This document shows, one piece after another, positions 39,970-50,900 of a stretch of DNA of 64,000 nucleotides; position 1 is the first letter of the stretch, and the number at the start of each line of letters is the position of its first letter. The DNA lies in NCBI GenBank assembly GCA_963809485.1, contig CAWEJX010000012.1:224001-288000 (forward strand), read 5' to 3'. The stretch is from an uncultured Acidobacteriota bacterium (GTDB lineage: Bacteria > Acidobacteriota > UBA6911). The notes beneath the pieces were generated by a model. The model did no database searches. It saw only the letters and a program-made list of their open reading frames with translations, and was not told the origin of the DNA. Made by a program: the position numbers and the translations under genes.

Positions 39970-40971
39970 TTATGCCGGATTGATATCCGAGGGATCTCCC
40001 TTATCCAGGCGCACCATGTACATCCCGAATGGCTTTTCCATACTCTTTGTGACTATCGGCCCGTGCTGCATCCCTGCGGGGATGATGACGCACGACGGCA
40101 CGCTGATCGTATGCTTTTCATCCTCGAGCGTGATTTCCACTTCTCCGCCGAGATATTCCGGCCGCTTGTTGTCCAGGCCCGCGAACACCAGGAACTGGTC
40201 GCCCACATGCTTGTGCGGCTTGGCCCCCCAATCGCCGGTGGTTTTGTAAAACCCCCAAGCCCAGTTGACGTTGAAATTCTCCACCTCTTTGCCCCGGATC
40301 CAGGTCAGCGAGTCCGCATTGCCCGGCCCCGTCTTGGCCTGTATGTCTTTCCGGAAAACCAGCTTCTTGTACAGCGGGTCATATTTATGCCCGTCCGTGG
40401 TGTCGAGCGTGCTCCTCTGTGGCATTACGTCCGTCTTGTGGTTGGGCTCGAGGCTGAGAACGATAAACCCGAAAGCCTTGTCGCACTTCAGCGTGATTTG
40501 TGGGCAGTGCACGACGTTCTTGGGATAACAGCATGCGGTCGGGACGCGGAAAACGTGCTTTTCGTATTCCTTTCCCGCATCGTGTTCGATCTCGGCGCCC
40601 AGGTATTCCGGCTTTTCCGGATCAAATCCAATGTAAATGAGGAGTTCGTCACCGTCGGGGTGCACATGCCCGCCGGTTTCCCTGGTGTGCCAATCGCCGA
40701 TTTTGGTGTAATACCCGAAAGAGAAATTGACGTTCTTGTTTTCCAACTCGACTCCCTTGGGCCACCAGAGCAGGTCGGCATTCCCCGGTCCCACGACCTT
40801 GAACATCTCCTTCATGTTGTAGACGATTTTCTTGATCAGGTGTCCGTGTTTTGTTTCCTGCGCGGCTGCCGGCCATGCGCCCAGAGAGCTCACCACGGCC
40901 GCCCCCGCAGCGCCAAGCGCCGTATCTTTGACAAACTCCCTCCGAGTCGTGCTTTTATCGGCAAAATTCAT
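39970..40971 (-). CDS. Tat-exported double-cupin-like protein, type X (333 aa)
   Basis: TTRREFVK signal with AAAQ cleavage; HVHPDGDE..VHCP and HKHVGDQ..QHGP His motifs. Confidence 0.8.
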   Translation of the reverse strand: MNFADKSTTRREFVKDTALGAAGAAVVSSLGAWPAAAQETKHGHLIKKIVYNMKEMFKVVGPGNADLLWWPKGVELENKNVNFSFGYYTKIGDWHTRETGGHVHPDGDELLIYIGFDPEKPEYLGAEIEHDAGKEYEKHVFRVPTACCYPKNVVHCPQITLKCDKAFGFIVLSLEPNHKTDVMPQRSTLDTTDGHKYDPLYKKLVFRKDIQAKTGPGNADSLTWIRGKEVENFNVNWAWGFYKTTGDWGAKPHKHVGDQFLVFAGLDNKRPEYLGGEVEITLEDEKHTISVPSCVIIPAGMQHGPIVTKSMEKPFGMYMVRLDKGDPSDINPA

Positions 40972-41027
40972 ACAAAATTCCCTCCTTTTGATGCTTAGCC
41001 TAATTATTAAACCATGTCCAAGCTACT

Positions 41028-41330
41028 TCAAAGGGCCGCCCCGGATTGGTGATTGCCGGGCGTCCGGACATACTGCTTGAACCCGGGCGCTGAAACCGTC
41101 AGGCTGTAAACGCCTGCGGGCAACTGGGCGAGCGTGAAGTTTCCGGTCGAGCTGCTGGCCACCTTGTATACGGCGGCAGTCGCCACGTTTTTGGCCTCAA
41201 CGGAAGCGTTGGGTATCATCGCGCCGGCGGGATCGGCAACCGTACCCGTGATCGTTCCACGGTCGCTCTGGGCAAATGCAATCCCCAAAAAAAGAATCGT
41301 GCAGGTGAGTATTTTTAACATCGAACGCAT
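41028..41330 (-). pseudogene. Truncated TonB-dependent receptor (first ~90 aa only), copy A
   Basis: MRSMLKIL..AFAQSDRGTITGTVADPAGA..GFKQYVRT matches the N-termini of copies B and C, then unrelated sequence and a stop. Confidence 0.85.
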
Positions 41331-41484
41331 GAGATATGTCCTCCTGTGGTTAAATAAACCTTTACGGCCCATCTGAGGCCGCGAGATTTTGAGTGCACCA
41401 GGCACCGCTCGTTCCTGGCAAACAGGCCACTTTGCCAAAAGTGAACATCCACAAGCTGCCGCCCGAATCCTGCATTCAGGCTGA

Positions 41485-41595
41485 AATATCTCCAAGTTCG
41501 TCGTTTGCATCCGGCGCCGGAGCAAGGGAGCTCAAGTCAGCGGGTGCGAAAATCTTCCACAAGGAGTTCCACAGCGGACCCTTGCCGGCACCGGA
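41485..41595 (-). promoter_or_regulatory. Conserved leader element upstream of TonB receptor A (candidate cis-regulatory RNA)
   Basis: Invariant CGTCGTTTGCATCCGGC shared with 47361..47474 and 51702..51814; complementary ends. Confidence 0.6.
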
Positions 41596-42251
41596 CATTT
41601 TGTTGGTGCCAGTATAGTACGCTTTTTTTATTTTGCAACATCAAGAATTCTCTTCAGAGACTGGCATCTCTAATCAGCTACTATCCGGAAAGCAATCCTG
41701 ACTTTTTAGGGTGAGGCTCCCGGGAAGGAATCCCATGGGGACGACTGACAGAGCAACGGTCGAGAACCGCAAAGCGGCCGAAGCCCGGGATTTGCCCGAT
41801 CGCCCATAAGCGTCCGGGCCGGTCTCGGCCCGGCTTTTTGCACATGCATCGGAGAACCCGTAATAACACAGACGGAGGAGTGCCTCAAGAATAGGATTTT
41901 GCATTTAACGGGAGTTCCGGCAGGGCGGGGGAAATACAGCCGGGGAGGCGCGAAGCGAAACACCGGCAATATTCGACGGATCAGGGAGCCCTGGAAGGCG
42001 AAAGATCCGGTTCCGCCGCTCTTCCAGGTTTTTCCCTTGCTGATTTATACCGGGCCTCCGGCCTTTGATAACCGGAGGCCCATTCCGGCAAGCAAGAATG
42101 ATTCTCCGGCGGCCCTTCGGGCCTCATTCGCGAATAAGGGGCCCGAATAAAGGGCCAGCCGCTTGGTTTTGCTGCTGCATGTTCGGGCCATCCTTGCCCC
42201 AGAACAAGGATACTGCAATTACGCCCGCTTTTAAGACAATCTCTGCCGCAA

Positions 42252-43259
42252 TTACGCGGGTTTCTTCGCAGGAGTTTGTTTGTTGGGGCTGTACCGCTCT
42301 CCCGTATCCCTGCGAATCAGGAAAAATCCATACGTCTTGTCCACCTTCTTGGTAATGACCGGAGCATGCGTGAAAAGCGCCGGACAGACAATAACCTGCG
42401 GCACGGTGACTATATGGCTTTCCTCTTCCTTGCCCACATGCTGATCGACCAAGGCGCCCAAATCGTAGGGCTTTTTCGCGTCCAGGCTCACGAAAACCAG
42501 AAATTCATCGCCTTCGTGTTCGTGCGGATCAAACCCCGGGATGTCATGCCAGTTGCCCAGGCCGGAGTAGAATCCCCACGTGAAATTAACGATGAAGCCC
42601 TCCAGGTCTTTGGCCTTAGGCCACGAAAGCCAGTCTGCATTGCCCGGACCGATTTTGTTAGCTCCCGGCTGCCCCGTCGCCGACATTTTCTTGATCAGAT
42701 GCGCATACTTGCTCCCGGATGCAGGGGCTGCAGCCTTTCCGGCAAACTTCGACACAGCATAATCCCTTGCAAGGCCGATGTCATAATGCGCGAAAGCTTT
42801 TTCGGCCTTTTTGGTCGTGATCTGGCCATAGGGAAAGTTTTTGGGAATACAAACGAACGAGGGGACATTAATCACGTGCTTTTCAAATTCCGGTCCAAGC
42901 ACCAGCTCGATTTCGGCGCCCAGATAATTCGGATCCTTGGGTTCAAGGCCCGCAAAAACCAGGCAGGTGTCGTACGGATGGGTGCGGGCCCCGGTTTCGG
43001 CGGAATTCCAGGCTCCTACTTTGCTGTAGTAACCGAAGGAAAAATTGGTCTCCCTGTCGTTCATTTCCTTTCCACCAATCCGGCAGACATAGTCGGCAGC
43101 TCCCGGCCCGCCTTCTCCCTTCTTATAGACAAATTTATGCACCAAATGGGCATACTTCAGGTCAGCCGCGGCCGCCCAGGGGCCCAGCCGATTCGCAACC
43201 GCCAATCCGCCGGCTCCAACAAATACTTCCTTTACAAATTCTCTTCGCGTTGTGCTCAT
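42252..43259 (-). CDS. Tat-exported double-cupin-like protein, type Y copy 2 (335 aa)
   Basis: Same length as and collinear with 38859..39866; HPYDTC and PHEHEGDEF..THAP motifs. Confidence 0.8.
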   Translation of the reverse strand: MSTTRREFVKEVFVGAGGLAVANRLGPWAAAADLKYAHLVHKFVYKKGEGGPGAADYVCRIGGKEMNDRETNFSFGYYSKVGAWNSAETGARTHPYDTCLVFAGLEPKDPNYLGAEIELVLGPEFEKHVINVPSFVCIPKNFPYGQITTKKAEKAFAHYDIGLARDYAVSKFAGKAAAPASGSKYAHLIKKMSATGQPGANKIGPGNADWLSWPKAKDLEGFIVNFTWGFYSGLGNWHDIPGFDPHEHEGDEFLVFVSLDAKKPYDLGALVDQHVGKEEESHIVTVPQVIVCPALFTHAPVITKKVDKTYGFFLIRRDTGERYSPNKQTPAKKPA

Positions 43260-43360
43260 GCCTGTATCTCCTTATATGAGGTGCAGCCGGTCGCGGTACT
43301 TCAGCGGCCGGCCCATAGTATCCGCCGTTTCGCCCGAATCTGCTTATGCGTCGCTCCGGC

Positions 43361-43538
43361 CTATGCTGGATTAATGTCGGACGCATCTCCCTTATCTAGA
43401 CGTACCATATACATTCCGAAAGGTTTTTCAACGCTTTTCGTCACGATCTGCCCGTGCTGCATTCCCGCGGGGAGGATGACGCACGAGGGTACGTTGAACG
43501 TATGCTTCTCGTCCTCGAGCGTGATTTCCAGTTCGCCT
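43361..43538 (-). pseudogene. C-terminal remnant of a type X double-cupin gene
   Basis: GELEITLEDEKHTFNVPSCVILPAGMQHG..MVRLDKGDASDINPA is nearly identical to the end of 39970..40971; the first ~275 codons are missing. Confidence 0.85.
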
Positions 43539-43541
43539 TGG

Positions 43542-43579
43542 ATGGCATCCCCGGAATCCGTCCATCCCGGGGATGCCAT
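43542..43579 (-). terminator. GC-rich hairpin after TonB receptor B
   Basis: ATGGCATCCCCGG-loop-CCGGGGATGCCAT. Confidence 0.6.
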
Positions 43580-43599
43580 GGCTCCACTATCAGGTCCTA

Positions 43600-46500
43600 C
43601 TAAAATTGAATTCTCGCAACTATCTGACCTGTACGGCCGATGCTGCCCGGACCCGTGTTGATATATCCGAAGCCCGTGATCGGTTTGCCGTTCGCATCGA
43701 CTCTCTGCGTGGCCTGAGCATTCGTTGCAGTCGGATTGGGCACTCGAATCCGGTTGAACACGTTGTTCAGTTCAATCCGGATGTTAAGGGTGACTTGCTC
43801 CACTATCGGGAACGTCCTGCCCAGGCTCATGTTTTCGAGCGGAGCGCGCCGATACCGGTAATCGCTCAGGTATGCGGCCGTGGTGCCGAACTGGCCGGCA
43901 GCCGGATCCGACCAGGCTTTCGGGTTCAGCACGAATTCCTTGTTCGGGTCGAAGCAGCTCGTGCAGTTCAGGTCCGTCGTGAAATACGGCTCCCCCTCCA
44001 CACGGTTGGCGAACGAGCCCGTGCCGAACGGTACAGCCCCAAAAGAGAAGTTCATGGGGGTGCTGAGCTTCAACAAGGTGCCGATCTGGTTTTGCGCATA
44101 GGGCACGCGGATCGGCGCTCCGCTGGTGTACGTCAGCATGACACCGTACGTCCAGTCACGGATTATCCACGACAACGTCTTGTTGGTTTCCAGCGCCGGA
44201 AGGCGATAGTTCGCCGCGACCACAAGGCGATGCGGCCGCGAGTAGCCGGACAGATACTTGTTAACATTCCGGTCCAGCGAGTTGTTGATGGAAGTATTGA
44301 GAGCGAAGAAGGCGGCGTTATCCGTCTCCCCCGTTCCCAGGGTGAGCTCCTTCGCCCAGGTATACGCGGCCGTCAGATCCAGACCATACGAATACCGCTT
44401 GGTCACCTTCGCCTGCAGCGAGTCGTACCAGGTGTTGCCCTGCGGATTCCACAAAACATTGATCCCCGTGAATTGCGGGAACGGCCGCAGTGCCTGGTTC
44501 ACCGTAAGCGCTTTCGAAAATGCCGGATAGGGCGGTGTGCCGAATCCCCTGGAGATTGCGGTCTGCGAGTCCAGGCGAGCAAGCAACAGGTCCCTATCCG
44601 CTTTAAGATTGATGTCCAGGTGGTTCTTGGCAAGGATTTCGGGCGTAAGCCGGTTGGGATCGTTGATCGCGGCCGCCTGCCACCACACCCCGCGGTTGCC
44701 CACGTAGGCGGCTTCCACCGCCAGGTTCGTCGTGAGCTGGTACTGCAGCCCGATACTCCACATCATGATCCTGGGCGGACGCCCCGCGTTGTGATCAAAC
44801 ATGGTGAGGAACGACGTCGGCGTCGATGGAATCGCCGGAAATTGCCCCGGATCGAAGTTCGGCCATGTCGGTTGAATCGGCACGCCATCCTTCAGCAGCA
44901 TCGCCGGCGTGCCATACGCCGGAGCCGCAAACGGAACGTTGGATCCAAAGCGCATCGACCAGAAATTGTTCGGCGCCGTCTGCCCGTAGGAATATCCCCA
45001 ACCGCCGCGGAATACGGCCTTGGGAGTGATTTGATACGCAACCCCAAGCCGGGGACCAAAGGCGTACTTATAGACATTCGCAAACGGACCCGACGTCTGC
45101 TCAAATATCACGCCCCCGGGCAGGTTGCCCACTGCAGGATTCGGCACTGCCGCCGAGATGCTCGGAACCCGGCCGTGCTGTTCCTTCAGGTAGCCCTGGT
45201 AATCCCAGCGCAAGCCGTAGTCCAGCGTCAATTTGCGCGTCACTTTCCACGTGTCCTGCGCGAACAGCGCCCAGGCGCTTTTGCCCATCCGGGTTGCTGT
45301 CTGCGGACCGATAGCTCCCGTGTCCACCGCGCCCAGCATGAAGCTGGCCCACGGGAATCCCACCGTGCCCCCGAAAAGATTCTGGCCCTGCGTCGAGGGA
45401 AGCCCCGACTCAATCGCGTTGAAGGCAAAATAGCCGTTGGAGGGCCAATCGAGATACATCGGGTTGCCCGCCAGGCGCAACTCCACACCGAACTTGTACG
45501 TGTGGTTCTGTTTGACCCAGGTCAGGCTGGCGTTGGTTGTGGGTTTCTCCTCATATAAATGGTACAGCTGATTGGCGCCCATCCCCCCTGTCGGATTGCC
45601 GTAGCCCCCAAATGGCGAAAAGATGCCTGTGATGGTGGGGAAAAAGTCTACGTAGGTCCCCTTCAGCCCGAGCTCCTCTTCAGTTTTGAATTCAGGCTGA
45701 GTTTGTGCCCACAGGGTGTGCATGTAGCCCGCGCCAAAATGCAGCAGCAGTGTCGGACTGAGAGTCTGATCATAGTTCAGGCGAAAAGTATGCGAATTCT
45801 GGGGGTTGTCGTACGCCATGCTGCCCGGGAAATCCAGCCCGTCGTTCATCTGCTTGCGGCCGATGGTAAAGGCGTACGACCAGTAGCCGGACAGCTTGAT
45901 TTTGGGGCTGAAATAGTGATCGATTTTGACCGCCGGAATGGTCTTGGCAGAAGGGATAAACTGGTTGGGATAGAAGTTGTTGGTTATGGCCGAGTTGGTC
46001 GGCATCGGCACCAGCGCCTGAATCTTTGCCGATACCGGATCAAATCGTTCTACCGGAATCCGATTGTTTGGAAACGGATCGCGAACTCTCAGGCCATTGA
46101 CGGTTGTTTCTGTGGCCGGATCGTAGATCGCGTTTTCCCAGATGGGGACCGGGTTGCCCTGGGTATCCAGGGCGCAGTTGGGATTTGTCGCCGGACAGAG
46201 ATTCCGTCCCGTCAGGATTGCGCTGAAATCCCCATTCCGCATCGCCACAGTGGGAATCGTGTTCGGCGTGATGTAGCTTACGGACGTGCGGTACTGCTCG
46301 AAATTGAAAAAGAAGAAGGTCTTGTCCCGGCCGTCATAGATGCCGGGCAGGTAGACGGGCCCTCCAAGGGTAAAACCGTAATCGTTCTTGCGGTCGCGCG
46401 GCTTTTGGTTGATGTATCCCCGGCTCGCATTCAGCGCCTCGTTCACCCAATATTCGTAGGCGCTTCCGTGAAGGGCGTTGGTGCCTGATTTGATGGCTGC

Positions 46501-47211
46501 GTTCATCACCCCACCGCCCGCCTGCCCGAATTCGGCCGCGAAATTGCTGGTCTGAATCGCAAACTCATCAATAGCGTCCACGCTTGGCTGAGCCACGTAT
46601 TGAAACCCGCTGTCGATGCCCAGGTTGGCATCCTGGCCCTCAATCCGCAGAGTCTGCGTGCCCGCCGGAGTCCCCTGCATGCGGATGCTGGTGCTGTTCG
46701 CGGACCCGCTCGCCGACAGGCCGGGAACCAGGTCTGCGGCAGCATAGGGAGAGCGCATACCGCCTCCGACCGCCAGAATAGGCAGTTCGTTCAGGCGTTG
46801 GGATGTGACGGTATGACTCAGGTCGCCGCTTTCCGTCCTCAGCAGCGGGGCGTCGGCATTGACCGTGACGGTTTCGGTGATGTTTCCTACCTCGAGCGCG
46901 ACATCAACGCGCAGGGTCTGCGCGACCAGCACCGTGATGCCCGTTCGGACGTACTGCTTGAATCCTTGCGCCGAGACGGATATCTGGTAGCTGCCGGCCG
47001 GCAGCTGGGCAAGGGTGTAATTGCCCGTGGACGTGCTTTCCACCTGGTATAAAGCACCCGTCTCGGAATTCTTGGCATCAATCCTGGCACCCGGTATAAC
47101 GGCTCCTGCGGGGTCCGCGATCGTGCCCGTGATTGTGCCTCGGTCGCTCTGGGCGAACGCCAATCCGCCCAGGAGCAGCAAACATGTGAGTGTTATCAAC
47201 ATCGAGCGCAT
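43600..47211 (-). CDS. Oar-type TonB-dependent receptor, copy B (1203 aa)
   Basis: Signal, carboxypeptidase-regulatory-like domain, PSVDAIDEF.IQTSNFAAEFG, FAQDTWKVTRKLTLDYGLRWD, FGPRLGVAY, C-terminal GQIVARIQF. Confidence 0.93.
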   Translation of the reverse strand: MRSMLITLTCLLLLGGLAFAQSDRGTITGTIADPAGAVIPGARIDAKNSETGALYQVESTSTGNYTLAQLPAGSYQISVSAQGFKQYVRTGITVLVAQTLRVDVALEVGNITETVTVNADAPLLRTESGDLSHTVTSQRLNELPILAVGGGMRSPYAAADLVPGLSASGSANSTSIRMQGTPAGTQTLRIEGQDANLGIDSGFQYVAQPSVDAIDEFAIQTSNFAAEFGQAGGGVMNAAIKSGTNALHGSAYEYWVNEALNASRGYINQKPRDRKNDYGFTLGGPVYLPGIYDGRDKTFFFFNFEQYRTSVSYITPNTIPTVAMRNGDFSAILTGRNLCPATNPNCALDTQGNPVPIWENAIYDPATETTVNGLRVRDPFPNNRIPVERFDPVSAKIQALVPMPTNSAITNNFYPNQFIPSAKTIPAVKIDHYFSPKIKLSGYWSYAFTIGRKQMNDGLDFPGSMAYDNPQNSHTFRLNYDQTLSPTLLLHFGAGYMHTLWAQTQPEFKTEEELGLKGTYVDFFPTITGIFSPFGGYGNPTGGMGANQLYHLYEEKPTTNASLTWVKQNHTYKFGVELRLAGNPMYLDWPSNGYFAFNAIESGLPSTQGQNLFGGTVGFPWASFMLGAVDTGAIGPQTATRMGKSAWALFAQDTWKVTRKLTLDYGLRWDYQGYLKEQHGRVPSISAAVPNPAVGNLPGGVIFEQTSGPFANVYKYAFGPRLGVAYQITPKAVFRGGWGYSYGQTAPNNFWSMRFGSNVPFAAPAYGTPAMLLKDGVPIQPTWPNFDPGQFPAIPSTPTSFLTMFDHNAGRPPRIMMWSIGLQYQLTTNLAVEAAYVGNRGVWWQAAAINDPNRLTPEILAKNHLDINLKADRDLLLARLDSQTAISRGFGTPPYPAFSKALTVNQALRPFPQFTGINVLWNPQGNTWYDSLQAKVTKRYSYGLDLTAAYTWAKELTLGTGETDNAAFFALNTSINNSLDRNVNKYLSGYSRPHRLVVAANYRLPALETNKTLSWIIRDWTYGVMLTYTSGAPIRVPYAQNQIGTLLKLSTPMNFSFGAVPFGTGSFANRVEGEPYFTTDLNCTSCFDPNKEFVLNPKAWSDPAAGQFGTTAAYLSDYRYRRAPLENMSLGRTFPIVEQVTLNIRIELNNVFNRIRVPNPTATNAQATQRVDANGKPITGFGYINTGPGSIGRTGQIVARIQF

Positions 47212-47360
47212 GAGCTCTATCCTCCTGTGTGAGTGAACCTGTACAACCCATCTGAGGCCGCGCGATCTATGGCGAGTCGGGCGCCTCTGGCTTCAGCCGT
47301 ATGGGCCAAATCTTCGTTGACAAGTCAAATGCCGTCACTGGAATCCGGCATTCATGAAGC

Positions 47361-47474
47361 AATATTTCTCAATTACGTCGTTTGCATCCGGCTGCCTGAG
47401 TGAGGGCGCTGAAGTGATCTGGTGCAAACATCTTCACAAGCAGCTCCGCAGCACCGCATATACCGCCGCCGGAT
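47361..47474 (-). promoter_or_regulatory. Conserved leader element upstream of TonB receptor B
   Basis: Same invariant 17-mer; ATCCGGC/GCCGGAT complementary ends. Confidence 0.6.
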
Positions 47475-47873
47475 TAAAAAGAAACCGAGCAATATCATAT
47501 CCTGTAATATTTTGGATTAGCAAGGAATCTTTGGTGAGACCCGAATTTCTTCTGTGAGACTGGCTATTTCGATACATGCCGCCGGGCGAATATTTCCCAA
47601 GCCATAATTGAGGCAGTCTGTGCCGCATTCGATGCCTGGCTGGAAAGCGCGGTGTTTTCTAATCGATCGCAGCTGGAAGGCGTGGCTTTGGTCCGCCCCG
47701 CAGAAGGCGTATAGGAAGGTCCCGCTGGGGCCTGTCAGGCCGGAAAAACCCTGCGGCCTTGAGCATCGAAGCCGCCGAACGCGTAGCCGCGCACCTGATC
47801 CCAGGCCGGCCTTTCAAGGCCGGCCTGGGATTGATTCGAGCAATGCGTCGCCTCAGCACGGAATCAGCCGCCA

Positions 47874-47910
47874 TCCTCGCCCCGGAATCAAAAAGATTCC
47901 GGGGCGAGGA
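47874..47910 (-). terminator. GC-rich hairpin after TonB receptor C
   Basis: TCCTCGCCCCGGAATC-AAAAA-GATTCCGGGGCGAGGA; a second hairpin lies at about 47799..47830. Confidence 0.6.
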
Positions 47911-47934
47911 CGGCCTTTGCGGCTTTCGTTCACA

Positions 47935-50900
47935 TCAGAACTGAATCCGTGCAACTATCTGGCCTGTACGGCCGACACTGCCCGGACCCGTGTTGATATA
48001 TCCGAAGCCCGTGATCGGTTTGCCGTTCGCGTCGACTCTCTGCGTGGCCTGAGCATTCGTTGCAGTCGGATTGGGCACTCGGATCCGGTTGAACACGTTG
48101 TTGAGTTCAATCCGGATATTAAGCGTGACTTGCTCCACTATCGGGAACGTCCTGCCCAGGCTCATGTTCTCGAGCGGAGCGCGCCGATACCGGTAATCGC
48201 TCAGGTATGCGGCCGTGGTGCCGAACTGGCCGGCAGCCGGATCCGACCAGGCTTTCGGATTCAGCACGAATTCCTTGTTCGGATCGAAGCAGCTGGTGCA
48301 GTTCAGGTCCGTCGTAAAATACGGCTCCCCCTCCACACGGTTGGCAAACGAGCCCGTGCCGAACGGTACGGCCCCAAAAGAGAAGTTCATGGGAGTGCTG
48401 AGCTTCAACAGGGTCCCGATCTGGTTTTGCGCATAGGGCACGCGGATCGGCGCCCCGCTGGTGTATGTCAGCATCACGCCGTACGTCCAGTCGCGGATTA
48501 TCCACGACACCGCCTTGTTGGTTTCCAGCGCCGGCAGTCGATAGTTCGCCGCGACCACAAGGCGATGCGGCCGCGAGTAGCCGGATAGATACTTGTTAAC
48601 ATTCCGGTCCAGCGAGTTGTTGATGGAGGGATTGAGGACGAAGAAAGCAGCGTCTTCGGTCTCTCCCGTGCCCAGGGTGAGCTCCTTCCCCCAAGTGTAC
48701 GCGGCCGTCAGATCCAGACCATAGGAATACCGCTTGGTCACCTTCGCCTGCAGCGAGTCGTACCAGGTGTTGCCCTGCGGATTCCACAAAACATTGATCC
48801 CCGTGAATTGCGGGAACGGCCGCAGTGCCTGGTTCACCGTAAGCGCTTTCGAAAATGCCGGATAGGGCGGTGTGCCGAATCCGCGGTTAATGGCAGTCTG
48901 CGAGTCCAGGCGCGAAAGCAACAGGTCCCTGTCCGCTTTAAGATTGATGTCCAGGTGGTTCTTGGCAAGGATTTCGGGCGTAAGCCGGTTGGGATCGTTG
49001 ATCGCGGCCGCCTGCCACCACACCCCGCGGTTGCCCACGTAAGCGGCTTCCACCGCCAGGTTCGTCGTGAGCTGGTACTGCAGCCCGATACTCCACATCA
49101 TGATCCTGGGCGGACGCCCCGCGTTGTGATCAAACATGGTGAGGAACGACGTCGGCGTCGATGGAATCGCCGGGAATTGCCCCGGATCGAAGTTCGGCCA
49201 TGTCGGTTGAATCGGCACGCCATCCTTCAGCAGCATCGCCGGCGTGCCATAGGCCGGAGCCGCAAACGGAACGTTGGATCCAAAGCGCATCGACCAGAAA
49301 TTGTTCGGCGCCGTCTGCCCGTAGGAATATCCCCACCCGCCGCGGAATACGGCCTTGGGAGTGACTTGATAAGCAACCCCGAGCCGGGGACCAAAGGCGT
49401 ACTTATAGACATTCGCAAACGGACCCGACGTCTGCTCAAATATCACACCCCCGGGCAGGTTGCCCACTGCAGGATTCGGCACTGCCGCCGAGATGCTCGG
49501 AACCCGGCCGTGCTGTTCCCGCAGGTAGCCCTGGTAATCCCAGCGCAAGCCGTAGTCCAGAGTCAGTTTGCGCGTCACCTTCCAGGTATCCTGCGCGAAC
49601 AACGCCCAGGCGCTTTTGCCCACCCGGGTTGCTGTCGGCGGACCGATAGCTCCCGTGTCCACCGCGCCCAGCATAAAGCTGGCCCACGGGAATCCCACCG
49701 TGCCTCCGAAAAGATTCTGGCCCTGCGTGGAGGGAAGCCCCGACTCTATCGCATTGAAGGCGAAATAGCCGTTGGAGGGCCAATCGAGATACATCGGGTT
49801 GCCCGCGAGGCGCAACTCCACACCGAACTTGTACGTGTGGTTCTGTTTGACCCAGGTCAGGCTGGCGTTGGTTGTGGGTTTCTCCTCATAGAGATTGTAC
49901 AGCTGGTTGGCGCCCATCCCCCCTGTCGGATTGCCATAGCCCCCAAATGGAGAAAAGATGCCTGTGATGGTGGGGAAAAAGTCCACGTAGGTCCCCTTCA
50001 GCCCAAGCTCCTCTTCAGTTTTGAATTCAGGCTGACTTTGTGCCCATAGGGTGTGCATGTAGCCCGCGCCAAAATGAAGCAGCAGTGTCGGACTGAGAGT
50101 CTGATCATAGTTCAGGCGAAAAGTATGCGACTTCTGAGGGTTGTCGTACGCCATGCTGCCGGGGAAGTCCAGGCCGTCGTTCATCTGCTTGCGGCCGATG
50201 GTAAAGGCGTACGACCAGTAGCCGGACAGCTTGATTTTGGGGCTGAAAAAGTGATCGATCTTGACTGCCGGAATGGTCTTGGCAGAAGGGATAAACTGAT
50301 TGGGATAGAAGTTGTTGGTTATGGCCGAGTTGGTCGGCATCGGCACCAGCGCCTGGATCTCCGCCGATACCGGATCAAATCGCTCTACCGGAATCCGGTT
50401 GTTTGGAAACGGATCGCGAACTCTCAGGCCATTGACGGTTGTTTCCGTGGCAGGATCGTAGATCGCGTTTTCCCAGATGGGAACCGGATTGCCCTTGGTA
50501 TCCAGAGCGCAATTGGGATTTGCCGGCGGGCAGAGATTTCGTCCCGTCAGGATTGCGCTGAAATCCCCATTTCGCATTGCCACAGTGGGAATCGTGTTCG
50601 GCGTGATGTAGGTCACGGACGTGCGGTACTGTTCGAAATTGAAAAAGAAGAAGGTCTTGTCCCGCCCGTCATAGATGCCGGGAAGGTAGATGGGCCCTCC
50701 AAGGGTGAAACCGTAATCGTTTTTGCGGTCGCGGGGCTTTTGGTTGATGTATGCCCGGTTGGCATTAAACGCTTCATTTACAAAATAATCGTAGGCGCTT
50801 CCGTGGAGAGCGTTGGTGCCTGATTTTATGGCTGCGTTCATGACGCCGCCGCCCGCCTGCCCGAATTCGGCGGCGAAATTGCTGGTCTGAATCGCAAACT

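Noticed and set aside
41485-41595. Sigma-54 promoter or known riboswitch as explanation of the leader
   Set aside because: GG-N10-GC spacing is not conserved across copies, and I could not find the core motifs of cobalamin, TPP or c-di-GMP aptamers
42276-50823. Long plus-strand ORFs (461, 661, 309, 326, 413, 256 aa)
   Set aside because: Antisense shadows of the cupin and TonB genes; stops fall at different places in the two duplicates
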